Below, piece by piece: positions 38,644 to 48,452 of a stretch of 64,000 nucleotides of DNA. This DNA is from an uncultured Acidobacteriota bacterium (GTDB taxonomy: Bacteria; Acidobacteriota; Thermoanaerobaculia; Gp7-AA8): positions 1 to 64,000 of the forward strand of contig CAWGHO010000003.1 in NCBI GenBank assembly GCA_963822445.1, written 5' to 3'. The translations under genes were made by a program, and so were the position numbers. The first letter of the stretch is position 1. The number at the start of each line of letters is the position of its first letter. The notes beneath the pieces are model-generated. The model was given only the letters and a program-made list of their open reading frames with translations, made no database searches and was not told the DNA's origin.

Positions 38644-39048
38644 GCGCGGGTGTGGTGTCAAGAGCGCCCGGATTTTGTCCACGAGATGTTCATCGCGATC
38701 GGCTCGCGTTTTGGCGTCGAATGCGGCGAACACGTCATCGCGGCTGGTGTCGTTCATCACCGGGTAGATGTGGATGTGGAGATGCGGCGTGGCGATGCCG
38801 AGCTTCATAGTCATGGCCCGATCGGCGCCCGTCGCATGTAGGAGTGCTCGCTCGGCGCGGCGCCAGGTCCTGCTGAAGTGCTCCCACTCGTGGTCGCTGA
38901 GATCGCTCAGGTTCTGCACGTGACGGCGCGAGACGATCATCGCGTGACCGGGGACGGCCCAGTCTTCATGAAGCACGACCCAGGCGTGGGCGCTTTCGTG
39001 AACGATGTCACCGCTGCGGGTGATGTCGGTGCAGAAGACGCACTGCAT
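38641..39048 (-). CDS. HIT family protein
   Basis: CVFC, PGHAMIV, PHLHIHIYP histidine triad. Confidence 0.9.
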   Translation of the reverse strand: MQCVFCTDITRSGDIVHESAHAWVVLHEDWAVPGHAMIVSRRHVQNLSDLSDHEWEHFSRTWRRAERALLHATGADRAMTMKLGIATPHLHIHIYPVMNDTSRDDVFAAFDAKTRADRDEHLVDKIRALLTPHPR

Positions 39049-39071
39049 GCGCTGACTATAATCCGCCGCTC

Positions 39072-40040
39072 ATGCGCACGATCCGCCTCGGCCGCACCAA
39101 CATCAACGTCCCCGCGGTCTCCCTCGGCACCTGGGGTCACGGCGGCGAGCGGGTCACCGACACAGGCGTGTCCGTCGGCTGGAGCGGTCACGATGACGGA
39201 CTCGCCAAAGACGCATTGATCGCCGCGTACCGCCACGGCATCACTCATTGGGACACGGCCGACGCGTACGGCGACGGCCATTCCGAGCGGCTGATCGGCG
39301 AGATCTGGGGCGACGTTCCGCGCAACGAGATCTTTCTGGCGACGAAATTCGGCTACATCTACGGTCCGGCCAACCATCCATACGATCCGAAGTTCATGCG
39401 CGCGCAGGCCGAGCGCTCGTTGCGGGACATGCGCACGGACGTCGTCGACCTCTACTACTTTCATCACTGCGATTTCGGCCCCAACGACGAGTACTTCGAC
39501 GGCGCGCTCGAGGTCATGCGCCGCCTGCGCGAGGAAGGAAAGATCCGTTTCATCGGCATCTCCGATTGGGACGGCTCGCGCATCATGAAGTTCATCGAGC
39601 GCGCCGATCCGGACGTCGTGCAGCCCTATCGCAATCTCGTCGACGACGAGTACGAATCGAGCGGACTGAAGGCGTGGGTGGACTCGCACGACCTCGGCGT
39701 GGCGTTCTTCTCGCCGCTGAAACATGGATTGCTCCTCGGCAAGTACGACTCGACCGTCGAATACGGCGAAGGCGATTTCCGGCGCAACGTCGACGACTTC
39801 CGCGATCCTGCCGCGATCGCGCGCTACAAACGCGCCGCTGCCGAGACGCGCGCCCGGTTCGCTGATCGCTCACCGGAGCCGGTGATGCACGCGGTAGTCG
39901 GCGCGCTGCTGACGGACAACCCGACCGCCTGCGTCCTCCTCGGCCAGCGCAATCCGAAGCAGGTTGCGGCAGCCGCGTCGATCGGCGAGGCGCTCAGCGC
40001 GGAGGATGCGGCGTGGGTGCGCGGGCAATATCGCGCGTGA
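39072..40040 (+). CDS. Aldo/keto reductase
   Basis: SLGTW, WDTADAYGDGHSE, ATKFG, DLYYFH, GKIRFIGIS, SPLKHGLL. Confidence 0.92.
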   Translation: MRTIRLGRTNINVPAVSLGTWGHGGERVTDTGVSVGWSGHDDGLAKDALIAAYRHGITHWDTADAYGDGHSERLIGEIWGDVPRNEIFLATKFGYIYGPANHPYDPKFMRAQAERSLRDMRTDVVDLYYFHHCDFGPNDEYFDGALEVMRRLREEGKIRFIGISDWDGSRIMKFIERADPDVVQPYRNLVDDEYESSGLKAWVDSHDLGVAFFSPLKHGLLLGKYDSTVEYGEGDFRRNVDDFRDPAAIARYKRAAAETRARFADRSPEPVMHAVVGALLTDNPTACVLLGQRNPKQVAAAASIGEALSAEDAAWVRGQYRA

Positions 40041-40105
40041 CAGGAATGTCCCGGCTCCGCGCGGTCGCTGCGTCAGGGCCGGCGAACCGAATCCCCGCCG
40101 CCGGC

Positions 40106-41170
40106 TCAGGAGACGATGACGCCCTCTCGTACAGTCGTCCAGACGACGGACCATCGTGCGCCCGAGCGACGCATCACCACGAGGTACGTGGCCGTTCTGG
40201 GAGTGTCATCCGACGTGCGATGGGTCATGCTGAGGATTGCGATGTCGCCGCCGTAGGCAGGCAGTGAGACGAGCACCGATGGTCGTGACCCTGTCCGTTT
40301 GTCGCCGGGTGCACGTTTGCGAACGCCCTTGATCGAGAATGTCGAGGGCTCGAACTCGAGCACTTCGCTGTTGCGACGGAAAAGCTCGGCAAGCGTGGGC
40401 TCCGGAACCTCGAACGATGCCTTCGACTCGCGCTGGCGGCGCCGCCATTCGGCTGGATCAGGCGGAAAATCGGTTACGCCCACGAGATCGAACGCTCCTC
40501 GCTTCGTCACCAGCCACTCCAGCGCCGCTGTCATCGCAGCGCGATCGGTGGCGCTGATTTCCCGTTCCTGTGCCGTGGGCTTGGGACTGGAGAAAAGCCG
40601 GCCGCCGTCAATCACTGCATCCCACTCACCATCGCGGTCGCTCTTGCGGGTCAGCACGATCAGTTGCCTGTGCGCATTCTCGACGTGCGATCCGATCGCC
40701 TCTGCATACACAGCGGCCGTCCGGCCGTCCTTCGAGAAGACCGGCGTCGACACGCGGATGACGAGACCAACCGCGGCGTCCAGGCCTTCGCCGGCGAACG
40801 TTGGTGCCAGTTCCGGTGCTGAAACCACCTTGATCTGCGGGAGATCCTCTGATTTCCATGTGCCGAGCTCGATGATGGATGCGCTCCGCAGCTGCGTGTA
40901 AAGGTCGTTCCGTTCGGCCTTCAGCGTCTCCACGGCGAACCGCATGTCGTCGCCGGCAAGCGCCGGGAATGGGATCGTTTCGTTTGCAACGAGAACTACG
41001 CGACGGTCTGCCGCATTGGACCAGTCGTCCCAATCGTGCCTCTGCTGCTCGATCAGCGAGCGAATCACCCTCTCGATGACTTCGGTTTCGGGCGGCGTCG
41101 GATTCGTTTGCGCCGACAGGGAGCAAACGCTCAGAAGCACGATCACGAGACTGGGCAGGCGCTCGAGCAT
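40106..41170 (-). CDS. Hypothetical secreted protein, possibly two repeated domains
   Basis: Signal peptide; VSTPVF...AAVY...W and VSLPAY...AIL...W segments. Confidence 0.6.
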   Translation of the reverse strand: MLERLPSLVIVLLSVCSLSAQTNPTPPETEVIERVIRSLIEQQRHDWDDWSNAADRRVVLVANETIPFPALAGDDMRFAVETLKAERNDLYTQLRSASIIELGTWKSEDLPQIKVVSAPELAPTFAGEGLDAAVGLVIRVSTPVFSKDGRTAAVYAEAIGSHVENAHRQLIVLTRKSDRDGEWDAVIDGGRLFSSPKPTAQEREISATDRAAMTAALEWLVTKRGAFDLVGVTDFPPDPAEWRRRQRESKASFEVPEPTLAELFRRNSEVLEFEPSTFSIKGVRKRAPGDKRTGSRPSVLVSLPAYGGDIAILSMTHRTSDDTPRTATYLVVMRRSGARWSVVWTTVREGVIVS

Positions 41171-41183
41171 GTCGAAGGGCGCC

Positions 41184-43610
41184 TCAGTAACCCAGCACCA
41201 GCCGCGCGGCCCGCTCCACCTGCTCCTCGCTCGGCAGGAACACTTCCTCGAGCGGCGGTGAATAAGGCACGGGCGTGTCGAGCGCGCCGAGGATGCGGAT
41301 GGGGGCGTCGAGGAACTCGAAGGCTTCTTCCTGGATGATCGCCGCGACGGACTCGCCGATCGATCCAGCGCGCGTGTCCTCGTGGACGATCAACACGCGA
41401 CTGCAGTGGCGCGCGAGGGCGAGAACGGCTTCGCGATCGAGCGGCGCGAGCGTGCGCAGATCGAGCACAGCGCATTCGTGCCCTTCTTTCGCGAGCTTTT
41501 CGGCGACGCGCAGAGCAACGTGGACATACGCGCCGTAGGAAATGATCGCGAGATCGTCGCCGGCACGCCGCAACGCTGCCTTCCCAATCGGAGTCGGCGA
41601 CGGCACGTCCTCACTCAAAAGCTGTTTGACCTTCGGATCGCGGTAGAGCGCGATGTGCTCGTAGTACAGAACCGGATCGGGATCGGCGACCGCGGACGCC
41701 ATCAACGCGCGGGCATCATGCGGCGTCGACGGCGCGACGATCTTCAGTCCCGGCGTCCGATAAAACCAGGCCTCGGTGTTCTGCGAGTGATACGGCCCGG
41801 CATGACGCAGGCCGCCCCAGGGCATGCGCAGCACGAACGGAATCTCCGCGCCCCACCGATACCGCAGCTTCGCGGCGTTGTTCACGAGCTGATTGAAGCC
41901 GCTGGCCACGAAGTCGTTGAACTGGATCTCGCCGATGGGCCGCATTCCCGCCAACGCCGCGCCGGTGCAGACACCGATCGTCGCGCCTTCGGAGAGGATC
42001 GAGTTGAGAATGCGATCGCCGAAATCCTTCAGCAGCGGTCGCAGAAGCAGGAAGGCGTTGCCGTATTTGCCGCCGACGTCCTCGCCGTACACGAACGTGC
42101 GCTCGTCGCTGCGAAGCACGTCGCCGACGCCGAGCATCACCGCCTCGAGGAACGTTTTTCCTTTCGCATCGAACGGCGGCGCGTCCTCGACGTCCGGCAG
42201 CGACGGCGATTGCGCCTGCCGCCAGGATTCATCGAGCACTTCGACATGCGCGCGCACCGGCTCGTCAGCGAAAACGCCCTCGCCGGCGCGAGCACCATCC
42301 GGCCACGGCGCGTCGATCACCGCGCGTGCTTCGCGCTCGACGAGCTCTTCGATCTCGCGCTTCCAGCGACCGAGATCGTCCGCGCCGATGACGCCGTCGG
42401 CTTCGAGCTTCGCCGCGTACGTGGCGATGGGATCGCGCTGGCGCCAGAACTCGTAAGCATCCCGATCGGCATAACCAGCCTCGGTCAGCGCCGGGTACGT
42501 CCACGATGCCTGCGGGTCTTTGCCGAGGTAAAGCATGTCGTCGTGATGGGCGTGGCCGCACATGCGCATGGCCACGAGCTCGATCAGCGTCGTTCCCAGT
42601 CCCGATCGCGCGCGCTCCGCGGCCCATGTGAACGCGGCCGCGATGGCTTCGGGATCGGTGCCGTCGATGGTGATCGCCGGGATGCCGTAGCCGAGGGCCT
42701 TGTCGGCGAAGACGCGAACCGCGGAGTTGTCGCGGACCGGCGTCGAAAGCGCGGTCTGATTGTTCTGTACGCAGAAGATCGCCGGCAGCTTGCGCGCGGC
42801 GCAGGCGTTGATCGCTTCGTGCCATTCGCCGAGGGACGTCGCTCCTTCGCCGATGAACGAAACGGCGACGCGCGGCTCCTTGCGCAGCGCGAACGCCGTG
42901 GCGATGCCGGCGATCGTCAGCGCAGGACTGCCGAGGGGTGCCATCGCCGGCAGGACGCCGTGCGCCCAGTCGCCGACGTGCAGGTCCTTTCCGTCCATCG
43001 GCGGACCGGCTTTGCCCATCTGCGCGCTCAGGACCATGCGCACGGTTTCCGGAGCGTTGTGCATGGCCAGCACCGCGCCGAGGTCGCGGATCATCGGAGA
43101 GATGACGTCGCCGAACGGCTCGCGTCGCAGGCGGATGGCCGCGGCGTAAATCGCTTCCTGTCCGAGGGAGCGGAAGCCCTTGCCTTGAAAGGAAGCGTTG
43201 CGCCAGCGGACGTCGCCGCCGGTGAAGAACTGCTTCAGGCGGTTGTCGGTGGCGCGGGTGAGGAGCATGCCGCGCAGGATTTCGCGTTTCTCGTCCGGCG
43301 TGAGCGACGCGGCGATGGCCTCGCGGCGCAGGAAGCCGTCGCAGGCATCGAGAACCTCGCGAATGGCGTGGTCGAATCGCTGTTGCGCGCTGACGCCGGG
43401 AGTCGTGTCCGGAACGTCGATTCCGATCGCCAGCAGTTCCGCGAGTGCCGGCTCGAGGACCGCCCGCAATTTCTCGGCATTTCCATCGGCCTGCTCCAGC
43501 GCGCGCACCGCGACTTTCGCCGCGAACGGATGCCGCTCGGCGATGAATGAGGCGAAGCGCGCGATGAGCGTCGCGCGCGTGCCGGTCGCCGTTTCAGGGG
43601 TGGCGGTCAT
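41184..43610 (-). CDS. 2-oxoacid dehydrogenase E1, fused alpha and beta subunits
   Basis: GQEA, TPP motif GEGA...NN, RMCGH, YGEDV, EIQFNDF, GPYHSQ, DLRTLAPLD. Confidence 0.9.
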   Translation of the reverse strand: MTATPETATGTRATLIARFASFIAERHPFAAKVAVRALEQADGNAEKLRAVLEPALAELLAIGIDVPDTTPGVSAQQRFDHAIREVLDACDGFLRREAIAASLTPDEKREILRGMLLTRATDNRLKQFFTGGDVRWRNASFQGKGFRSLGQEAIYAAAIRLRREPFGDVISPMIRDLGAVLAMHNAPETVRMVLSAQMGKAGPPMDGKDLHVGDWAHGVLPAMAPLGSPALTIAGIATAFALRKEPRVAVSFIGEGATSLGEWHEAINACAARKLPAIFCVQNNQTALSTPVRDNSAVRVFADKALGYGIPAITIDGTDPEAIAAAFTWAAERARSGLGTTLIELVAMRMCGHAHHDDMLYLGKDPQASWTYPALTEAGYADRDAYEFWRQRDPIATYAAKLEADGVIGADDLGRWKREIEELVEREARAVIDAPWPDGARAGEGVFADEPVRAHVEVLDESWRQAQSPSLPDVEDAPPFDAKGKTFLEAVMLGVGDVLRSDERTFVYGEDVGGKYGNAFLLLRPLLKDFGDRILNSILSEGATIGVCTGAALAGMRPIGEIQFNDFVASGFNQLVNNAAKLRYRWGAEIPFVLRMPWGGLRHAGPYHSQNTEAWFYRTPGLKIVAPSTPHDARALMASAVADPDPVLYYEHIALYRDPKVKQLLSEDVPSPTPIGKAALRRAGDDLAIISYGAYVHVALRVAEKLAKEGHECAVLDLRTLAPLDREAVLALARHCSRVLIVHEDTRAGSIGESVAAIIQEEAFEFLDAPIRILGALDTPVPYSPPLEEVFLPSEEQVERAARLVLGY

Positions 43611-43619
43611 CGATGGCGA

Positions 43620-44210
43620 TTATAGGAAACGGCGGAGAAGCTCGGCGTCGGCGAGGTCCTGAGCGCGGCCCGACGCTTCCTTGTTTCGGAGCAATTCGTC
43701 TTTCCCGATGAAGAAGACGTCCTGGCCGGCGTAAGTACCTTGCACGCGATTGCCCCACGCCTCCTCGAAGGTGACGCCGGAGATTCGCGTGAGGATGTCG
43801 ATGCGATTCGGCTCGTGCCCGAGTTGCACGATCTGTCCCGGCGTCGTGAAATCGGACGCGCGGAGGCCGAGTGCCGCAAAACCGAAGTCGGTGATCGCGG
43901 CGATGATTTTCTCCGCGTTCTCCTCCGACGCCTCGACAAAGATGTCGAGGTCTTTCGTATAGCGAGGTTTTGCGTGGAAGGCCAACGCATGCGCTCCGAT
44001 GAGCAGCGCGCGCACGTCATGCTTCTTCAGACGAGCGAGAAAGTCGGCCTGATCGCTCGTGGGTTTCATCGATTTCGTCATTTCCGACCACTCGTGACGC
44101 ATCGTCTCGCCGATTGCGACCCGCTCCTCCGGCAAAAACCGCAGCCAGAATTCGCGGTCCGCTTCCGCCTCTTCCTCCCACGACTTGCAGACGCGCACCC
44201 ACGGTTCCAT
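43620..44210 (-). CDS. Nucleotidyltransferase (DUF6036-like) with an N-terminally fused small partner module
   Basis: IGAHALAFH..PRYTKDLDIFV, RIDIL, NKEASGRAQDLAD; N-terminal EADREFWLRFLPEERV module; internal Met (MKPTSD). Confidence 0.8.
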   Translation of the reverse strand: MEPWVRVCKSWEEEAEADREFWLRFLPEERVAIGETMRHEWSEMTKSMKPTSDQADFLARLKKHDVRALLIGAHALAFHAKPRYTKDLDIFVEASEENAEKIIAAITDFGFAALGLRASDFTTPGQIVQLGHEPNRIDILTRISGVTFEEAWGNRVQGTYAGQDVFFIGKDELLRNKEASGRAQDLADAELLRRFL

Positions 44211-44221
44211 GTGCCGCGAGT

Positions 44222-46435
44222 TTACTTCCTCCTCCACATGACCACGTCTCCTTCGGCGAAGTCGGGCTCGAAGTTGGCCTGGATGTACTGCCACACCAGC
44301 GGCGCGCGCTCCTGGTTGGGCACGCCGTCGACGGTGTAGCGGCCGGTGTAGCCGGGGACGAGCACCGCGCGGATGCGCATGTCGTTCTCCAGCCTTCGGA
44401 TCACATCGCGCTGCCGATCCTCGGTCTCGTAGAACGCAACCTCGGGCTCGCGGATCGGGCAATCGCGCCGCAGGAAGAAGTAGAAGATGCCCCGGTTCGT
44501 CAGGTCGAGCCAGGTCTCCTCGGGACCCAGCGCGAGCGCTGCGTATTTCTGCACGCCGCGCAACGCCGCGGCATCCTCATGCCAGAACAAACCGCCCTTC
44601 GCGCGGGGAATCTCGGGCACTTCCACCCAGCCCTCTTGCACGGGACCGCGGGCGTCGCGAACCGAGGCCAGGACGGCGAAGTGGGACGTCGGTGTGGCCA
44701 CGATGAGCAGCGCCACGATCATCGCCGGTGCAAACGCATTGCGGCGACGCAAAGCGAACCAGGTCGAGGCCACGACGAATGCCGCCGCGGCCGTCGCGTA
44801 ATAAAGATGATGGCGCTCGGCGTACGAAATCGCGGCGAGGGTGATCCAGACCGCGACGATCACCATCGGCTCGTAGCGGCGGCGCGGGCGGCGGAAGATC
44901 GTCGTCGCCACGAACACGACGACGACGCACCAGATGACGTAGAGAAATCCGGTTCGATCGAACAGGCCCACCAGCACTTCCGGGAACACGCGAGCGTTCG
45001 CGAAGACGTCCGGCGGATGAAACATGGTGAGCGTGTAGACCGGGGCCAGCGAGAGCATCTCGATGAACGTCGTGCGGAGGAAGTCGTCGAAGATGCCGAG
45101 GATGGCCAGGCCTGCGAAGAGGGGGACGACGCCGATGGCGATGCCGGTCGCGGCGGCGCGCAAAGTTTTCAGGCGATCGCCGGGGAAGCGCCACACCGCG
45201 ACGAGGAACGTGAGAAACGTGTATGCGCCGAAGTCGAGGCTCGTCGCGCCGCAGGCCACCGTGCCGATCGCCGCGTAGCGGAGCCACTGCAGACGCCGCA
45301 GCCGTACCGCGCCGCACAGCAGAGCCAGGGTGACGAGCGGCGGCAAAAGGCGGATCGCGGGCGTGAACCAGTTGGTCATGATGGCCATCAGCACCGCGAG
45401 AAATCCCGCCTCCGCCGAGCCGGTCATGGCCCAGGTCAGCGCGTAAAGTGCGACGGCGTTCAGCAATCCCACCGTCAGCCGCGTCTTCCACGTATCGCCG
45501 ACGGTCGTCCCCCGCGCCTTGAGCACGAGGTAGTCGAAGAGACCGTCCTCGATGAGGCCGTGCGAGGGAACGATGTCGCGATACGGCAGCTCCCCGGCCA
45601 GCATTTCCGAGGCCGGGAGGAGCGAGTGTGAGTCCTCGAAGATGTTCACCCGCGGCTTTCCTTCCGCGGTCTGGATGCTGATGGCGTTCGTGTACGCGGC
45701 GAGGGACAGCGGATAGGTCACGAAGACGAGCACCACCACCGCGCGGCGCGCGTTGCGAAGGAAAACGCGGAGGATGAACGGCGTGATCACCGCGATGGCC
45801 AGCGCGTGCCATCCGAAGTAGCGCTGGTCCCGCGCGAAGAGGTTCATCTGCAGCACGAGTCCGAGTGGCGCCGCGACGAACGCGAAGGCCGGCGCGATCG
45901 GCGAGGGGATGAGCGCGGTCGCGACGCGAAGGAGTAAGACGATCAGCGCGGCGACGACGATTGCCCGATCGACGGAAAGTGCGGTGGCGTCGACGAGGCT
46001 GGTGACCAGTGCGAGGAACGTCGGCACGAGCACGATGTCCCGTCGCGTGAAGGCGAGGTCGCGCGCTCGCAGAATCGTGCAGATGGCGATCACCGCTCCG
46101 AAGGGCAGGATCGCCCAGAGCGGCACGCGCGTGATCAGGACGAACCAGATCGCCACGAGCGGCGTGAGCAAAACCGTGTTGCGCGCCCACGGTTGAGCAT
46201 CGGCGAGGCGTCGCGAAACAGGCCGTAAAAGCAGCGGCAAAAGAATCGGCAGAACGATCAAGCCGGCGATGAAGCGAAACGGTCCGTCCGCATCGAACCC
46301 GAATCGCGTGGCCAGCCCCGGAAGCTGGCCGGGCGGCGCGGGTTGCGACCACACTGAGGCGAGCGAGATGGCGATGGCCAGGCCCCAGATCGCGAATGCG
46401 GCGGACAGCAGGGTCTCGCGTCGCGAATCCGTCAA
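44222..46435 (-). CDS. Polytopic membrane protein, possible GT-C glycosyltransferase
   Basis: Many TM helices; MLAGELPYRDIVPSHG loop motif. Confidence 0.6.
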   Translation of the reverse strand: MTDSRRETLLSAAFAIWGLAIAISLASVWSQPAPPGQLPGLATRFGFDADGPFRFIAGLIVLPILLPLLLRPVSRRLADAQPWARNTVLLTPLVAIWFVLITRVPLWAILPFGAVIAICTILRARDLAFTRRDIVLVPTFLALVTSLVDATALSVDRAIVVAALIVLLLRVATALIPSPIAPAFAFVAAPLGLVLQMNLFARDQRYFGWHALAIAVITPFILRVFLRNARRAVVVLVFVTYPLSLAAYTNAISIQTAEGKPRVNIFEDSHSLLPASEMLAGELPYRDIVPSHGLIEDGLFDYLVLKARGTTVGDTWKTRLTVGLLNAVALYALTWAMTGSAEAGFLAVLMAIMTNWFTPAIRLLPPLVTLALLCGAVRLRRLQWLRYAAIGTVACGATSLDFGAYTFLTFLVAVWRFPGDRLKTLRAAATGIAIGVVPLFAGLAILGIFDDFLRTTFIEMLSLAPVYTLTMFHPPDVFANARVFPEVLVGLFDRTGFLYVIWCVVVVFVATTIFRRPRRRYEPMVIVAVWITLAAISYAERHHLYYATAAAAFVVASTWFALRRRNAFAPAMIVALLIVATPTSHFAVLASVRDARGPVQEGWVEVPEIPRAKGGLFWHEDAAALRGVQKYAALALGPEETWLDLTNRGIFYFFLRRDCPIREPEVAFYETEDRQRDVIRRLENDMRIRAVLVPGYTGRYTVDGVPNQERAPLVWQYIQANFEPDFAEGDVVMWRRK

Positions 46436-47418
46436 CGCGCGGCCCTCTCCAGCAGCCAGCGCACTACCAGCTCCTCGCCCCAGTACTCGCAGCGCCAGGG
46501 CGCGCTTCCGCTCACGAATCCGACATGCCCGCCGCGCGGGGTCGTGCGGAAATCGATCGCCGGCGATGCAGCGAGGCGCGCGCGTTCCAGCGCATCAGCG
46601 GGCAGGAACGGATCGTCCTGAGCATTCACGGCGAGCGTCGGCGTCTTGATGCGCCCGAGAAAATTGATCGAGGACGAGCGCGAGTAGTACTCGTCGGCGT
46701 CGCGGAATCCATGCAGCGGGGCGGTGGCCGCGTCATCGAACTCCCAGAACGTGCGCGTGCGGCGGACGCGCTCGACGTCGAGCAGCGGCGCGATGTCCTC
46801 ACGCATGATTTTCTTCTTCAGCGTTTTCAGGAACCGGCTCACGTAAAAGCGGCCGGTCGCGCTCTTTTCGAGGTGGCGCGCGCCGGCCGCGAGATCGTAC
46901 GGAACGGAAAGCGTGGCCGCGGCGGTGATCGACGTCTGATCGGGATTCTCACCGAGCCATTTGAGGAGGACGTTGCCGCCGAGGGATGCGGCGAAGGCGA
47001 CCAGGGTCGTGTCGGGCATGCGCTCGCGAAGGGTGCGCACGACGAAATCGAAATCGGCCGTGTCGCCGGAGTGATAGAAGCGCGGCCGCCGGTTCGGAAG
47101 CATGCGGAAGATGCTCCGCGGCGCACGCGCGCAGGAGCGGAAGTTCATCGCTGTGCCCGAATAGCCATGACGCGCGATCGCGGCCATGACGCCCTGGATG
47201 TAGACCGAGCGCGAGCTCCCTTCGAGCCCGTGCATCATCACGAAATGCACGGCGCGGTTCGGGCCGTCGAGATGGTCGAGGATCAGCTCGTCGCCATCCG
47301 GAAGCGCGAGCGCTTCCCGGCGCAGTTTCACCAGCCCGCGCGGACGCGCGAGCCGGCCCCAGATCGTCTGGAAATGCGGACCGGGGAGAAACCATGCGGG
47401 CGAGAACTCTGTGGACAC
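46432..47418 (-). CDS. YheT family alpha/beta hydrolase
   Basis: GPHFQTIW, HGLEGSS, NFRSC, ASLGGNVLLKWLGE, DDPF, GGHVGF. Confidence 0.9.
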   Translation of the reverse strand: MSTEFSPAWFLPGPHFQTIWGRLARPRGLVKLRREALALPDGDELILDHLDGPNRAVHFVMMHGLEGSSRSVYIQGVMAAIARHGYSGTAMNFRSCARAPRSIFRMLPNRRPRFYHSGDTADFDFVVRTLRERMPDTTLVAFAASLGGNVLLKWLGENPDQTSITAAATLSVPYDLAAGARHLEKSATGRFYVSRFLKTLKKKIMREDIAPLLDVERVRRTRTFWEFDDAATAPLHGFRDADEYYSRSSSINFLGRIKTPTLAVNAQDDPFLPADALERARLAASPAIDFRTTPRGGHVGFVSGSAPWRCEYWGEELVVRWLLERAAR

Positions 47419-47464
47419 GTTTGCCGCGATTCTAGCGGCACTCCTCGTGCACCGTCCGCGCATC

Positions 47465-48448
47465 ATGAAAGTCGTCGTAGTCACCGGCGCATCCGCGGGT
47501 GTTGGACGCGCCGTCGTCCGCCAGTTCGCGGATCAGCATGCGTCGATCGCCTTGATCGCCCGCGGACTCGACGGGCTCGAGGCGGCGAAGCGTGAGGTCG
47601 AGGAGCGCGGCGGTCGCGCGATCGTCATTCAGGCTGACGTTGCCGATGCCGAAGCGATGGAACAGGCGGCGGCGCGAACCGAGGCGGAGCTCGGGCCGAT
47701 CGACGTCTGGGTGAACAACGCCATGGTCTCGGTGTTGTCGCCCATCAAAGAGATGACTGCCGAGGAGTTCCGGCGGGTGACCGAGGTGACGTATCTCGGT
47801 GTCGTGTACGGAACGCTGGCCGCGCTCAAACGGATGCTGCCGCGCGATCGCGGCGTGATCGTGCAGGTCGGATCGACGCTCGCGTATCGCGCGATTCCGT
47901 TGCAGTCCGCGTATTGCGCGGCCAAGCACGCCATCCAGGGATTTCACGAATCGCTGCGCTGCGAGCTGCTGCACGACGAGAGCAAGGTGGCAGTGACGAT
48001 GGTCCATCTGCCGGCGATCAACACGCCGCAGTTCCGCTGGCTGCGCAACCGCATGCCGAACAAGTCGCGGCCGCCGGGCACGATCTACCAGCCGGAAGTT
48101 GCCGCGCGGGCGATCGTCTGGGCGTCCGAGAATCCGCGGCGCGAGCTGAACGTCGGGTTCGGGACGACCGAGGCGATCGTCGCGAACAGTTTCGTGCCCG
48201 GGCTCATCGATCGCTACCTCGCCAACAAGGGCTACGGCTTTCATCAGGGCGATGAGGCCGAGGAGCCAGGGCGGCCGGACAACCTTTACGAGCCGTTGCC
48301 GGGCGATGCGGGCGCGCATGGTCCGTTCGATGATCTCTCGACGTCGCGCAGTCCGCATCTCTGGTCGAACACCCACCGCGGCGTGATCGCCGGCGCCCTC
48401 GGACTGCTCGCGCTGGGCGGCCTGGCAGGACTCCTGCGGCGCCGCTGA
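47465..48448 (+). CDS. SDR family oxidoreductase
   Basis: TGASAGVGRA, VNNAM, YCAAK; C-terminal TM. Confidence 0.92.
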   Translation: MKVVVVTGASAGVGRAVVRQFADQHASIALIARGLDGLEAAKREVEERGGRAIVIQADVADAEAMEQAAARTEAELGPIDVWVNNAMVSVLSPIKEMTAEEFRRVTEVTYLGVVYGTLAALKRMLPRDRGVIVQVGSTLAYRAIPLQSAYCAAKHAIQGFHESLRCELLHDESKVAVTMVHLPAINTPQFRWLRNRMPNKSRPPGTIYQPEVAARAIVWASENPRRELNVGFGTTEAIVANSFVPGLIDRYLANKGYGFHQGDEAEEPGRPDNLYEPLPGDAGAHGPFDDLSTSRSPHLWSNTHRGVIAGALGLLALGGLAGLLRRR

Positions 48449-48452
48449 CGTC

